Assembly (NCBI GenBank): GCA_963697435.1
Contig: CAVOOB010000002.1
Span: 516,601-580,600 of the forward strand
DNA: 64,000 nucleotides
Source: an uncultured Gemmatimonadales bacterium
Lineage (GTDB): Bacteria > Gemmatimonadota > Gemmatimonadetes > Gemmatimonadales > GWC2-71-9
Direction of reading: 5' to 3'
Made by a program: the position numbers and the translations under genes. Positions 10,030 to 20,283 of this stretch are shown here, piece after piece. Numbering within the stretch: position 1 is the first letter of the stretch; each line of letters begins with the position of its first letter. The notes beneath the pieces were generated by a model. That model was not told the origin of the DNA. It made no database searches and saw only the letters and a list, made by a program, of their open reading frames with translations.

Positions 10030-10166
10030 ACGTGGACTCCAATTCGGGACGACTTCAGGGACGCTCCGGGCGAACCCGGCGACTAGAGACACGAAAAACA
10101 TATCGTGCGAAGGAAAGAGTTGTCAAAGCCCACTTTCATACCCGAGCGGACGAGTCGGCAAACGGG

Positions 10167-10580
10167 TCAGTGGGCGCCGGTGGTCTTGACGCGGCTCGCT
10201 GTCAGGGGGACCCGGATTCCCGCCCCGCCGTCGATCGAGATTTCGAAGGCAAACGCCCCGGGGCGGGGGAGTGGTACATCGAAGACAAGCACCGCCCCCG
10301 CCTCGACTTCCGTCACTCCTGCGGGCGGCTCGCCAAACTGGACGCTTCCCTCGCCACCCAGCAGTTCGGTGTCGTCTTCGTCCACGAACCTGATCCGGAT
10401 GCCATGGGTCCCGATGTCGGTCCGTCGGCCGCGGACGCGGAGCACCAGGTGGGTCCGCGGGTGGACAGTGGGGAATTCGGCCACCCAGACGTGCTGGAAG
10501 ATCCCGAGCACGGAGAGCTTGCCCTGCTGATCGACCAGGGCGTAGTCGGCGATGACCGCGAAGTCGAGCCGAAGGCTCAT
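10167..10580 (-). CDS. Hypothetical protein (137 aa, beta-rich)
   Basis: Good GC3 coding bias. 4-nt overlap with the upstream PPIase gene. No motif I can name with confidence. Confidence 0.55.
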   Translation of the reverse strand: MSLRLDFAVIADYALVDQQGKLSVLGIFQHVWVAEFPTVHPRTHLVLRVRGRRTDIGTHGIRIRFVDEDDTELLGGEGSVQFGEPPAGVTEVEAGAVLVFDVPLPRPGAFAFEISIDGGAGIRVPLTASRVKTTGAH

Positions 10581-11026
10581 GTCACCCGGATCGATTCGAT
10601 GACGTCGTTCTTCTGGATCGAGTTCACGATGTCCAATCCGGTCGTGACCTGCCCGAAGACGGTGTGGACGCCATCCAGATGCCCCTGCGGGGAGTGACAG
10701 ATGAAGAACTGGCTCCCGCCGGTGTTCTTCCCGGCATGGGCCATCGACAGCGTGCCGGCCACATGGCGATGGGTGTTCTTTTCAGTTTCGCACTTGATGG
10801 TGTACCCGGGGCCGCCAGTGCCGACGCGGGGGTTGTTCGCGTCGCGGCTGAGGGGGTCGCCAGCCTGGACCATGAAGTTGGCAATGACACGGTGGAACCG
10901 CGTGCCGTCATAGAACTCCTCGTTGGCCAGCTTCTCGAAGTTGGCGACCGTGCCCGGGGTCTCTTCGTCGAAGAGGTCGGCGACGATGGTGCCGCGGCTG
11001 GTCACGATGGTAGCGGTCTTCATCAT
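10577..11026 (-). CDS. Peptidyl-prolyl cis-trans isomerase, cyclophilin type
   Basis: [34 protein letters not shown] and VFGQV motifs. Start trimmed to ATG at 11026 (MMKTATIV...). Confidence 0.9.
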   Translation of the reverse strand: MMKTATIVTSRGTIVADLFDEETPGTVANFEKLANEEFYDGTRFHRVIANFMVQAGDPLSRDANNPRVGTGGPGYTIKCETEKNTHRHVAGTLSMAHAGKNTGGSQFFICHSPQGHLDGVHTVFGQVTTGLDIVNSIQKNDVIESIRVT

Positions 11027-11045
11027 TGATTCCGTGGGATGTGGG

Positions 11046-12254
11046 TCAAGAAGTGAGTGGGGCCCGATCGGCCGGCCGGAAAGATAGCGAGGCCGCGGCC
11101 AGCGCCGCGACCACCCAGAGCGCGCCAGACCAATACGGTGCGCCGTGGCCGACATGGTCGAACACCAGGCCGGCCCAGAGCGGGCCGAGGATGCGGGTCA
11201 GGCTGACCACGGACTGCATGGACCCGAGCACTTTCCCCTGCTCGACGCCACTGACTGTCCGGGAGACTTCCGAGGTCAGCATCGGCGCCGCGGAGGCGTT
11301 GCCGAAGGCGAGCAGCAGGGTGGCTGGATAGAGCCAGGCGACGCTCGGCACGAACGCGGTGGCCGCGAATCCGCCGGCCATGAGCAACAGCCCCCAGGTC
11401 GCGATGCGCCGTTCATGGCCTGCCGTCGGGATGCGGCGCAAGAGGACGCCCTGTACCAGGACGCTCACGGCACCGACCAGAGTGAAGATCCAGGCGTTGC
11501 CCTGGGGGCCGAGGCCAAATCGCTCCCTGGTGAACACCGCGTAGTTGGACTGGAGCCCGGCCATGGCAAAACTCATGGCGAAGATCGCGGCGAAGAGCCT
11601 TCCCAGCCCTGGGCGTCGTACTGTCTCGCCTAGGTGACCGAGGGGGTGGAGTTCCGCCAGTCGGAAGGGACGACGTTCCCGCCGTGCCGGAGGGAGCGAC
11701 TCCGGCAAGAGAAAGTAGCCCAGGGACACCGTGATCAGCGAAAGCACGCCGGCCGCGAAGGCAGGGGCGCGCAGGCTCCAGAGGCTCAACATGCCTCCGA
11801 CCGCGGGGCCCATGATGAACCCCAACCCAAATGCGGCCCCGATGAGCCCGAAGTTCTTCGCCCGGTCCTCCGGCGGCGAGACATCGGCGATGTACGCCTG
11901 TGCCGTCGAGACATTGCCCCCTGTGAACCCGTCAATCAGGCGCGCGAGATAGAGCAGCCAGAGGGTCTGGGCGAGGCCAAACAGGAAATAGCCGGCCCCG
12001 GTCCCGAGGACGCTCAACAGGAGAACCACCCGCCGGCCGTGCCGGTCGGAGAGGGCGCCGAGCACGGGGCTGGCGAAGAACTGCGCGGTGGCGAAGGTCA
12101 GGCTGAGGAGTCCGACCGTCAAGGCGTCGCTTCGAAACTCGGCGACGATGAACGGCAGTACCGGTACCAGGATCCCCACGCCGAGGAGATCGAGGAAGAC
12201 GGTCAGGAAGATGAAGAGGAGCGGCCGGTGGCCCGGCCCGCGCTTGCTATCCAC
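11046..12254 (-). CDS. MFS transporter (TetA/TCR-like drug:H+ antiporter family)
   Basis: 12-TM profile. MFS motif A ([14 protein letters not shown]) and motif C-like GxxxGP segments. Confidence 0.85.
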   Translation of the reverse strand: MDSKRGPGHRPLLFIFLTVFLDLLGVGILVPVLPFIVAEFRSDALTVGLLSLTFATAQFFASPVLGALSDRHGRRVVLLLSVLGTGAGYFLFGLAQTLWLLYLARLIDGFTGGNVSTAQAYIADVSPPEDRAKNFGLIGAAFGLGFIMGPAVGGMLSLWSLRAPAFAAGVLSLITVSLGYFLLPESLPPARRERRPFRLAELHPLGHLGETVRRPGLGRLFAAIFAMSFAMAGLQSNYAVFTRERFGLGPQGNAWIFTLVGAVSVLVQGVLLRRIPTAGHERRIATWGLLLMAGGFAATAFVPSVAWLYPATLLLAFGNASAAPMLTSEVSRTVSGVEQGKVLGSMQSVVSLTRILGPLWAGLVFDHVGHGAPYWSGALWVVAALAAASLSFRPADRAPLTS

Positions 12255-12909
12255 CCAGGGTTCTCTTGGCGCTGGGGCACTCGGCCGCGATCGGGCATGC
12301 GGCGCAGTTTGGGCGACGCGCGATGCAGATGGCGCGACCGTGGCTGATCAGCAGGTGTGAGAGGAGCGTCCACTTGGGCTGGGGGAAGAGGGGCATGAGG
12401 GCCCGCTCCACTTTCTCGGGGTCGGTGGCCGTGGTCAGGCGGAGCAGTCGACTGAGCCGCCCGACGTGGGTATCCACCGTAATCCCGTCGTTCCGGCCGA
12501 AGGCATTTCCGAGAATGACATTGGCGGTCTTCCGGCCCACGCCGGGGAGGGCGCGCAGTTCGTCCATGGTGCCAGGCACTTGCCCTTCGTGCCGCTCGAC
12601 CAGCGCGGCGGCCATGGCCAGCAGGTTCTTCCCCTTGTTGCGGAAGAATCCGGTGGACCGAATCAGTTCCTCCACTTCGTCCTGCGTCCCGCTGGCGAGC
12701 GCGGTGGGGTCGGGAAACCGGGCAAAGAGTGCCGGCGTGACGAGATTGACCCGCGCGTCCGTGCACTGGGCCGAGAGGATGGTGGCGACCAGGAGCTGGT
12801 AGGGGTTGGCGTGGTCCAGGGCGCACTGCGCATCGGGATATGCCTGCTCGAGCATGCCGAGGATCTTCCTGGCCCGGGCGCCGCGCGCCGCGGCCGACTC
12901 GCGGGCCAC
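12247..12909 (-). CDS. nth: Endonuclease III (DNA glycosylase/AP lyase)
   Basis: HhH-GPD region (LPGVGRKTANVILG, catalytic K and D). C-terminal 4Fe-4S cluster loop CIARRPNCAACPIAAEC. Confidence 0.9.
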   Translation of the reverse strand: MARESAAARGARARKILGMLEQAYPDAQCALDHANPYQLLVATILSAQCTDARVNLVTPALFARFPDPTALASGTQDEVEELIRSTGFFRNKGKNLLAMAAALVERHEGQVPGTMDELRALPGVGRKTANVILGNAFGRNDGITVDTHVGRLSRLLRLTTATDPEKVERALMPLFPQPKWTLLSHLLISHGRAICIARRPNCAACPIAAECPSAKRTLGG

Positions 12910-14643
12910 TCAGCCCCGCCGTGCGTTCCCGAACGCCAGGAACCCCTCAGCCGCGCGCGTGTTCAGCACCTCGGCCGGCCCGAGCCATCCCTTGCGGGCG
13001 ATGCCGACGCCATACGTCACATTGCCGAGACCGGCGAGGTTGTGCGCATCCGAGCCAATGGAAATCATGACGCCGTGCGCGCGGGCGCTTCGCAGCACGC
13101 GCCAGTCGAGGTCCAATCGATGCGGGTCGGCGTTGATTTCGATGCCGACGCCCAGCGCGCCGGCCTTGGCAAAGATCGCCTCGAGGTCAATCGCGTACGC
13201 GTCGCGCGAGAGCAGCAGCCGGCCCGTGGGATGGCCGAGGACGGTCAGAAAGGGATTGTCCAGCGCGGCAAGCACGCGGGCCGTCATCTCCGGGCCGCTC
13301 AGGTTGAACCGACTGTGAATCGATCCGATCACGAAGTCGAGGCGGGCCAGCACATCGTCCTCGTAGTCGAGGCGTCCGTCCACAAGGATGTCGGCTTCGA
13401 CCCCGTGGAGGATCCGGAATCCCTCCATGCCCGCTCCGACGTCGGCAATCTCGGCTGCCTGTCGGGTCAGCGCCTCAGGCGAAAGGCCGCCGGCGTAGGC
13501 CGCCGACTGGCTGTGGTCGGTGATGCCGATCCACTGGTAACCGGCGTCGCGCACGCCGCCGGCCAGGTCGGCCACCGAGTTGGAGCCATCGGAGTAGTTG
13601 GTATGGCAATGGAGGAATCCGAGCAGATCCTCCTCCGTGATCAGCGCCGGGAGGCCGTCTCCCGCTGCGGCGTCGATCTCGCCGCCGCCCTCTCGCAATT
13701 CCGGCGGGATCCAGGGCAGGTCCAGCGCACGGTACAGCGCCGCCTCATCCGGTGTCGGCACAAATTGACTTCCGCACCAGAGCGCGGCACCGCGCAGGGA
13801 ATACCCGAGTGCGGTGGCCCGCGCCTCGAGCTGCCGCACATGCACGTCCCCTCCCGTCGCCTGCACCAGCACGGCGCCAGCATTCTGCGGAGGCGTGACG
13901 ATGATTTGCGCGCTGGTACCTCCGACAAACCGGAGGGTGACGTGGCGTTCGTCCTGGCCGGCGAATTCGTGGATACGGGGCACCTGGCTCAAGCGGGCGA
14001 AGATGTCGGCTGCGGGCACCTCGGCGGTCAGGACGATGACGATCTCCCGGACGACTTCGCATCTGCGCCGCACCTCGCCGGCCGCCGTTGCGGTCAGCAC
14101 TCCAGGTACGCGGCTCAATGCATCTGTCAGCGTCCGGGCTTCTTCGGCGGCATGATGTGCCAGGCGGAAGGCGCTGGCCTGGCGAAGGAAGGCGATGCTC
14201 TTCTGGATGTTCTCGGCGGTCTTCTGGCCGAACCGGGGGAGTCCAGCCAGGCGCCCGTCCGAGGCCGCGGCCTCGAGTTCGGGAAGCGAGTCGATGCCGA
14301 GGGTGTCGTGAATCTGCCGGATCTTGGCGACGCCGAGTCCTGAAATCGAGAGCATCTCGACGAGGCCAGGGGGGACCTGGCCGCGCAGCTCCTCCAGGAG
14401 GGCGCATCGACCGGTCGTGGCCAGTTCGTTGATCACCTCCAGCGTCGCGGGGCCCACACCCTTGGTGGCTGCGAGGGAGCCGTCGTCCAGCGCCTTCTGG
14501 AGCGTCTCGGGGAGTCCTCCGACGACGCGAGCAACGGTCTTGAACGTCCGGACGCGAAAGAGGTTCTCACCCTTGAGTTCCATGAACGACGCGATCTGCT
14601 CCAGCGCATCGGAGACCGCGCGCTTCTCCAGCCGGTCGGTCAT
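12910..14643 (-). CDS. polX: DNA polymerase X family protein with C-terminal PHP phosphoesterase domain
   Basis: N-terminal HhH/8-kDa plus fingers (GVGPATLEV, ISGLGVAKIRQI). PHP His-rich motifs (LHCHTNYSDGS, ITDHS, GSDAH). Confidence 0.9.
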   Translation of the reverse strand: MTDRLEKRAVSDALEQIASFMELKGENLFRVRTFKTVARVVGGLPETLQKALDDGSLAATKGVGPATLEVINELATTGRCALLEELRGQVPPGLVEMLSISGLGVAKIRQIHDTLGIDSLPELEAAASDGRLAGLPRFGQKTAENIQKSIAFLRQASAFRLAHHAAEEARTLTDALSRVPGVLTATAAGEVRRRCEVVREIVIVLTAEVPAADIFARLSQVPRIHEFAGQDERHVTLRFVGGTSAQIIVTPPQNAGAVLVQATGGDVHVRQLEARATALGYSLRGAALWCGSQFVPTPDEAALYRALDLPWIPPELREGGGEIDAAAGDGLPALITEEDLLGFLHCHTNYSDGSNSVADLAGGVRDAGYQWIGITDHSQSAAYAGGLSPEALTRQAAEIADVGAGMEGFRILHGVEADILVDGRLDYEDDVLARLDFVIGSIHSRFNLSGPEMTARVLAALDNPFLTVLGHPTGRLLLSRDAYAIDLEAIFAKAGALGVGIEINADPHRLDLDWRVLRSARAHGVMISIGSDAHNLAGLGNVTYGVGIARKGWLGPAEVLNTRAAEGFLAFGNARRG

Positions 14644-15311
14644 GCATCCTCCACGTGCGTGGATGCGGCTCCCGGGTGGGCGAGGACGCGTGCCACGAGT
14701 TCCACCAGTTCGTTTGGCTCGACCAGCGAGTGCAGGCCCGCGAAGGCGCCACCGTCCAGCGAAGGGGCAAAGAGCGGCGTGCCATCACGGCGTGCGATGT
14801 TTGCCCCTGGCGCGCCGAACGCTTCCGCCACGGTGAACCCGTCCCGGGCGGGGTGGACGCCGAAGACGCCGAGCACGCGGAGCTGTCCGGCGGGGTCGGT
14901 GTGGACGAAGCAGCCGTCGAGGGGCTCCCATGGTCCAGGCGAAGTGAGCGAGGCCCAGATCAGGCGTTCGGGGAATTGAATGTAGCCGGGCCTTTCCGGC
15001 GCGGCGGCAGGCGCCCTCGGGTCCACCAGGAGGCGCCGGAGCTCCTGGACAGGCAGCGACCAGACTCTTTGCCCGGCGGCCCAGAAGACGTACACGTGAT
15101 GCAGGAGGGCGGTGAGTTCCTCGAGGCCCTCTCCGGCGTTCGAATCGTCTGGATGTAGTTCCCGGAGCAGGGTCATCGCGGGGCGCGTCAGGAGGAAGGC
15201 GTCGCGGTCGCCCGGTTCGACGTTGGCCGCAGCGAGCGCATCGCGAATAGGTGGGAAATGGTCCGGCGCCAGCCCGGCAAAGACGAGTTCGAACGGCGTT
15301 GGACGATCCAT
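14640..15311 (-). CDS. Hypothetical protein translationally coupled to polX
   Basis: 223 aa from ATG at 15311 (MDRPTPFELVF...). ATGA overlap with the polX start. Good GC3. No recognisable motif. Confidence 0.55.
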   Translation of the reverse strand: MDRPTPFELVFAGLAPDHFPPIRDALAAANVEPGDRDAFLLTRPAMTLLRELHPDDSNAGEGLEELTALLHHVYVFWAAGQRVWSLPVQELRRLLVDPRAPAAAPERPGYIQFPERLIWASLTSPGPWEPLDGCFVHTDPAGQLRVLGVFGVHPARDGFTVAEAFGAPGANIARRDGTPLFAPSLDGGAFAGLHSLVEPNELVELVARVLAHPGAASTHVEDA

Positions 15312-15381
15312 TCCCCCAAGATAATCCCCTGGCCGCTCGACACCGGGGCCGCACGAGGGGTGTGTCCGTGCCGACCCGGTG

Positions 15382-16221
15382 TCACGCGGGGAGGAACTCG
15401 TCGAGCAGGCGCCGGAACTCCTCGAACGCCTCGACATAGGGGACATGGCCGGAGTCGGCGAGCAAGTGGAAGGGTGCTCCGATCGCATCGGCGATCGCGC
15501 GCGCGGACTCCGCCGGGATCGGGTCGTCATCGCCGTGGAGGACGATGGCGGGCGGGCGCAGCCTGGCCAGCGCGGGACGCAGGTCGTAGTCGCCAAGACT
15601 CTCCCACACCTCCTGCTGGGTGCGGCCAGTTACCCGGAATGGCGTGAGGCCGTCCACCTTCCCGGGGTCGTGGAAGTACCCGGCCACCGAGAGCTCGAAC
15701 ACTCGGCGCTGATAGGACTCGGGATCGCGTTCCCGCAGCCCGCTGGCGCGGAGGGCGGCACGCGCCTCCACGAGGGCCGGCGCCATGGTCCGGGCCGAGA
15801 GGCGGCGCTCGAACTCGGCCCGGGCCGCACGCCACGCGGGGGCGGGGGACACCAGCGCGAGTCGTTCCACGCGTTCGGGGTGCTCGGTGGCATAGAGGAG
15901 CGAGAGGAGGCCGCCCCAGGAGTACCCCGCAATGGTCAGGCGCTCCATTCCCCAGAGCTGCCGCAGCGCCTCGAGGTCCGCCACCTGCTCTCGCCAGCCG
16001 ACCGGCACTTCCCGAGCGACCGCCGACCGGCCCCCGCCGCGTTGATCGTAGTAGATCAGTGTCCGGCCAGTGGCCAGCGCATCGAATCCCGGGAGGAGAT
16101 AGTCGTGGTGCGCGCCGGGTCCGCCGTGCAACACGACGGTGGCCGGGCCGCTGCCGACCCGCCGCTCGAATAGGGAGGCGCCACGAACCTCCCGGGTGCA
16201 GGTTTCAGCTGAAGGCGGCAC
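15382..16221 (-). CDS. Alpha/beta hydrolase (proline iminopeptidase-like)
   Basis: HGGPG oxyanion motif, nucleophile elbow GYSWGG, C-terminal His (DSGHVP). Confidence 0.8.
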   Translation of the reverse strand: MPPSAETCTREVRGASLFERRVGSGPATVVLHGGPGAHHDYLLPGFDALATGRTLIYYDQRGGGRSAVAREVPVGWREQVADLEALRQLWGMERLTIAGYSWGGLLSLLYATEHPERVERLALVSPAPAWRAARAEFERRLSARTMAPALVEARAALRASGLRERDPESYQRRVFELSVAGYFHDPGKVDGLTPFRVTGRTQQEVWESLGDYDLRPALARLRPPAIVLHGDDDPIPAESARAIADAIGAPFHLLADSGHVPYVEAFEEFRRLLDEFLPA

Positions 16222-17104
16222 GCAGCTCCTCCACGGTATTCGTATGGATGGTCACGATGTCCTCCATCCGCGCAGCATAGCCTCCGGCGAGGGTGACGGC
16301 CACGGGCACACCGCGCCGCGCGCAGGCCGCAAAGACGCGACGGTCCCGGGCCCGAAGCCCGTCCACGGACAGACTGAGCCGGCCGAACCGGTCGCCCGCA
16401 AAGGGATCGGCGCCGGCCAGGTAGAAGGCGAGGTCCGGCGCGGCAGCGTCCAGCACCTCGTGCAGGTGGCGATCGAGGGTCGCGAGATAGGCCGCGTCAC
16501 CGGTGCCGTCGGGGAGCTCAACGTCGAGCCGGCTCCGCTCCCGCTGGAAGGGGTAATTGCGTTCCCCATGCATCGAGAAGGTGTAGACGTCCTCGTCACC
16601 ATCGAAGATCCGCGCGGTGCCATTCCCCTGGTGGACGTCGAGGTCGATCACGGCCACCCGGCGCAGCAGGCCCTCCCGCTGGAGGGTGCGTGTCGCCACC
16701 GCCACGTCATTGAAGACACAGAACCCCTCGCCCCGCTCGGGAAAGGCGTGATGAGTGCCGCCCGCGAGATTGAGCCCGGCCCCGGTGGCGAGTGCGTCAC
16801 GCGCGGCCTCGACGGTGCCCTGCACGGTTCGAAAGGAGCGCTCGCGGAGGCCGGGCCCCCAGGGGAAACCGAGTCGCCGGACGGCCGGTCCCTCCAGCGT
16901 GCCGTCCTCGATGGCTGAGACGTAGGCGGTCGTGTGCACCAGGGCGAGGGCGGTCTTCTCGACCCGGTCAGGTTCGTGGATCGCACCGGCGGCGAGCAGG
17001 CCGCGCGCCACGACGCCCTCGCGCACCGCCTGGTACTTGGCGATCGGGAATCGGTGGCCTGCAGGAAGTGCGACGGAAAAGCGGGAGGAGGACCAGGCTC
17101 TCAC
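16205..17104 (-). CDS. Histone deacetylase-family (acetoin utilization/deacetylase) protein
   Basis: GGTHHAF..GFCVFNDVAVA and DLDVHQGNGT motifs. Start set to GTG at 17104, which overlaps the upstream stop (GTGA). The upstream part of the track ORF is Arg-rich noise. Confidence 0.85.
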   Translation of the reverse strand: MRAWSSSRFSVALPAGHRFPIAKYQAVREGVVARGLLAAGAIHEPDRVEKTALALVHTTAYVSAIEDGTLEGPAVRRLGFPWGPGLRERSFRTVQGTVEAARDALATGAGLNLAGGTHHAFPERGEGFCVFNDVAVATRTLQREGLLRRVAVIDLDVHQGNGTARIFDGDEDVYTFSMHGERNYPFQRERSRLDVELPDGTGDAAYLATLDRHLHEVLDAAAPDLAFYLAGADPFAGDRFGRLSLSVDGLRARDRRVFAACARRGVPVAVTLAGGYAARMEDIVTIHTNTVEELRAAFS

Positions 17105-17562
17105 AAGAGGACGGCGAGGGCGTCCGCGACCTGGCGAACTGCTGTTTCCTCCGCCGGTGTGAAGGGGTCTGGGACGTCGCTGTCGACGTCGATTTGGCCG
17201 AGGATGGCTGCGCCGCGCCTGATCAGCACGACCAGTTCCGAGCGGGTGTCGAGGTTGCACGCCAGGTAATTCCCGATGGCCTGGACATCACCGATGTTCT
17301 GGTCCTGGCCGGTGGCCACCGCCGTCCCGCAGACGCCGGTACCGACCGCGATGCGCCTGTGCTCGGTGTCCCGGCCGCTCCACGCCTCGAGCACCAATTC
17401 CGAGCCGTGGAGCATGTACAGATACACCGACGTGTAGGGCGGACCGGCGTCGCGGATGCGGTCGGCGGCGAGCTGGAGGAGTCCCTGCCGACCGGCGTCG
17501 TGGGTGAAGGCGCCGCGGAGGGCGGCGACGACGCGGTCGGCATCCAGCACGGCCCCGCTCAT
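17101..17562 (-). CDS. GAF domain protein (free methionine-R-sulfoxide reductase-like)
   Basis: 153-aa single GAF fold signature (GTGVCGTAVATGQ...NIGDV...YLACN...SELVV). Confidence 0.75.
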   Translation of the reverse strand: MSGAVLDADRVVAALRGAFTHDAGRQGLLQLAADRIRDAGPPYTSVYLYMLHGSELVLEAWSGRDTEHRRIAVGTGVCGTAVATGQDQNIGDVQAIGNYLACNLDTRSELVVLIRRGAAILGQIDVDSDVPDPFTPAEETAVRQVADALAVLL

Positions 17563-18902
17563 CCGCCGCGCTTGCCCAGCGTCACGTCCAGACCCATCGT
17601 CTGGCCATCGCGGACCACGATGACAACGACCTTGTCACCCGGCCGGTAGGCGCGGAGGGCGTCGGTCATGCCCACCAGGTCGGGGACGTCGTAATCGCCG
17701 ATCTTGATGATCTTGTCGCCCCCCTTCATGCCGCCCACCTCAGCGGGACTGCCCTTCGACACGCCGGTGATCAGGACGCCGCCGCTCTCACCAGAGGCCA
17801 TATCGGGCACGGTGCCCAGATACGCGCCGTAGCCGGACGTGGCGGCCACCCCGCCCTTGGGCGCGGGGGGCGGCACGTCGACAAAGGTGAGCCGCGTCGG
17901 CCGGTTGCCGAGCGCCGTCGCCATCGCCGCGGCGAAGTCTGCGATTCGGACCAGGCCCTCGGCGTTGATCTTGTCCCAGTCGTCGGTGCTCCGGTGGTAG
18001 TCGCCGTGCAGGTCGGAGAAGTAGTGGAGCACGGGGATCTTGGCCGCGTAGAACGACGTCTGATCGCTCGGCCCGTAGCCTTCGGGCTGCGGGCGGAGGT
18101 CAAACTTCGCGTACCAGTTGAGTGAGTCGAGGAGCGCCGGGAATTCGGTGGCGGTGCCCGTCCCATACACGATGAGCTTGTCGTTGTTCAGGCGGCCGAC
18201 CATGTCGAGATTGATCATCGCCTCGGTGACGCTCAGGGGATAGATCGGGTTCTTGACGTAGTAGTCGGAGCCGAGCAGGCCAAGTTCTTCGCCGCTGAAG
18301 GAGATGAACACGATCGTCCGCGCGGTCGGCGCCGCCTGCAGGCGGGTCGCAATGGCCAGCAGCGCGGCGGTGCCGGAGGCGTTGTCGTCCGCGCCATTGT
18401 GCACGCGTCCGGTGCTGTCGGGATCGAGGGCGCCGAAGCCACCGAGGCCAAGGTGGTCATAGTGCGCGCCGATGATGATGGTCTCGTTGCGGAGCGCCGG
18501 GTCCCGGCCGGGGATGATCCCGATGACGTTCTTTCCGTGCAGCTCGCCGAGGTTGGCGTGCTGGACGGCGGGGGCATCCTTCGAAACGGTGAAGGGCTGG
18601 AACCAACCGCCCGGGGGTGGCTGCAGTCCGATCTGGGCAAAGCGCCGTGCGACGTAGGCGGCGGCCGAATCGGCGCCGGCGGTGCCGGTCAGGCGGCCCC
18701 CGAGTTCATCGGCGGCGAGGACCTTGACGTCGGTCTGGGCGCGTCTGGCGGCTTGGTCGAGGGAGGGAGCGGCGGTTTGGGCGGCCACGGGAGAGGCCAG
18801 CATCGCGCCGAACAGGACACCGAGGGAGTACCAAACGATTTGGCGGGTCACGAGAGGCTCGAATGTTGAAAACCGGCAGGGTTGCCGGGGTGGTGTGAAC
18901 AC
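17559..18902 (-). CDS. M28-family aminopeptidase with C-terminal PDZ domain
   Basis: M28 metal ligand regions (GAHYDHLG, GADDNASGTA, SGEELGLLGS). PDZ (GVLITGVSKGSPAEVGGMKGGDKIIKIG). The start is uncertain: GTG at 18902 or GTG at 18851. Confidence 0.85.
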   Translation of the reverse strand: MFTPPRQPCRFSTFEPLVTRQIVWYSLGVLFGAMLASPVAAQTAAPSLDQAARRAQTDVKVLAADELGGRLTGTAGADSAAAYVARRFAQIGLQPPPGGWFQPFTVSKDAPAVQHANLGELHGKNVIGIIPGRDPALRNETIIIGAHYDHLGLGGFGALDPDSTGRVHNGADDNASGTAALLAIATRLQAAPTARTIVFISFSGEELGLLGSDYYVKNPIYPLSVTEAMINLDMVGRLNNDKLIVYGTGTATEFPALLDSLNWYAKFDLRPQPEGYGPSDQTSFYAAKIPVLHYFSDLHGDYHRSTDDWDKINAEGLVRIADFAAAMATALGNRPTRLTFVDVPPPAPKGGVAATSGYGAYLGTVPDMASGESGGVLITGVSKGSPAEVGGMKGGDKIIKIGDYDVPDLVGMTDALRAYRPGDKVVVIVVRDGQTMGLDVTLGKRGG

Positions 18903-18973
18903 CTAAGATTCTAACCTCGGGGAGGGCTCGAACCCAAGTCATCGCCGCCCCCGCCTCCCACCTCAGGAGTCCC

Positions 18974-19543
18974 GTGAACGCCCGTCTCCTGGCCCTGCTT
19001 CCCGCTGCGATCGCCATCAACCTGGTCATCGGTGGGCTCGTGAACGCGCTCGGGCTGCCACTCTACCTCGACTCGATCGGGACCATTCTGGCGACGGTAC
19101 TGGCCGGCCCGGCGGTCGGGATCCTCGTCGGCGCCATCGGGCAGGTGCTGTTCGGGCTCATCAATGGCTACCAGTGGATTCCGTTCGGCCTCATCCAGGT
19201 GGTGATTGCCGTGCTCGCCGGTGTCGCGGCGGCTCGGGCCGGGTTCCGGTCAACCGGCCGCAGCCTCGCCTGGGGCCTCCTCACCGGCCTGGTGGCCGGT
19301 GCCCTCTCCTCGGTCATCAGCTACGTCCTGTTCAAGGGGGTCACCGCGACCGGAACGACGGCGGTCGTCACGCTGCTTCGGCAGGTCGGCTTCTCGCTGC
19401 CCGCTGCAGTCACGGGGTCTAGCCTCGCGCTCGATCTGGCCGACAAGGCGGTCGCATTCCTGGTGGTCGGCGGCCTGGTGCGATCGTTGCCGAACCGGAT
19501 GATCGGCCGGTTCCCCCGAGCGGCGGGGGCGGTCGGACGGTGA
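18974..19543 (+). CDS. ECF-transporter S (substrate-capture) component-like membrane protein, substrate unknown
   Basis: About 6 TM, small and Gly/Ala-rich. GTG start preceded by AGGAG. GTGA overlap with the following EcfT-like gene. Confidence 0.65.
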   Translation: MNARLLALLPAAIAINLVIGGLVNALGLPLYLDSIGTILATVLAGPAVGILVGAIGQVLFGLINGYQWIPFGLIQVVIAVLAGVAAARAGFRSTGRSLAWGLLTGLVAGALSSVISYVLFKGVTATGTTAVVTLLRQVGFSLPAAVTGSSLALDLADKAVAFLVVGGLVRSLPNRMIGRFPRAAGAVGR

Positions 19544-20283
19544 GCCCGGTTCCGGGTCCGGTCACTGGGCGCCTCCATCCGTTCACTCCGCTCGTCCTTA
19601 CGCTGGCCGTGGCCGTCGTCGCCGTGGCAGCGCCGGGGCCCGTGCCCGCGGCGGCCCTGTACGCCGCGACGGTGCTGGCGGTCACCGCCGCCGGCGTCGG
19701 CCGCGCCGCGCTCCGCGCCCTGATCCCGCTCGCCCCGCTTTGGTTCTTTCTCCTCCTGCTGCACGGAGTGCTGGGCGAAGGCAGCCAGCTTCCGGTGCTC
19801 GGCCTCTCCCTCTCCCGCGACGGGCTGGCCCTGGCCACCACGCAGGGGTGTCGGCTCGGCGCCATCGCCACGGCTTCGCTGGCGCTCTATGCCTCGTTTT
19901 CGCCGGCCCGATTCGTGGATGCGATGGCCGATCGCGGCTGGTCATTTTCCGTGGCGTACTTGGTCGTGGCCACGCTGCTGGCGCTGCCACGGTTCCGCGC
20001 GCGCGCGCTCGCCATTCTCGATGCGCAGCGCAGCCGCGGGCTTCGATTGCGCGGCAGCCCCCTCAATCGGGTTCGCGCCCTCGGGCCGGTGGCCTTCCCG
20101 CTCCTGCTGGGCGCGCTGGCGGAAGTGGATGAACGTGGCTTCGCGCTGGAGACGCGGTCGGCCAGTGGCGTGGTCCACCGGACGCCGCTCGATCCGCCCG
20201 AGGATGGCCCTGGCGATCGGGCAGCCCGGTGGCTCGCGGGCGCCGGCGCGGTGGCCGCGGTGATCTGGAGAGTGCTCGGGTGA
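19540..20283 (+). CDS. Energy-coupling factor transporter transmembrane (EcfT/CbiQ) component
   Basis: Polytopic protein with C-terminal coupling-helix Arg motifs (ILDAQRSRG, ARxxR). Operon position between the S component and two ABC ATPases. Confidence 0.75.
   Translation: MSPVPGPVTGRLHPFTPLVLTLAVAVVAVAAPGPVPAAALYAATVLAVTAAGVGRAALRALIPLAPLWFFLLLLHGVLGEGSQLPVLGLSLSRDGLALATTQGCRLGAIATASLALYASFSPARFVDAMADRGWSFSVAYLVVATLLALPRFRARALAILDAQRSRGLRLRGSPLNRVRALGPVAFPLLLGALAEVDERGFALETRSASGVVHRTPLDPPEDGPGDRAARWLAGAGAVAAVIWRVLG

Noticed and set aside
12466-14343. 625-aa plus-strand ORF
   Set aside because: It is antisense to the well-supported PolX gene. Its composition is Arg/Gly/Ala/Pro-rich with no motifs. 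This is a typical shadow ORF of GC-rich DNA.
18903-18973. Leader of the ECF S-component gene, examined for a vitamin or preQ1 riboswitch
   Set aside because: It is only about 70 nt and has no recognisable conserved core or stable multi-stem structure. It contains just the AGGAG ribosome-binding site.
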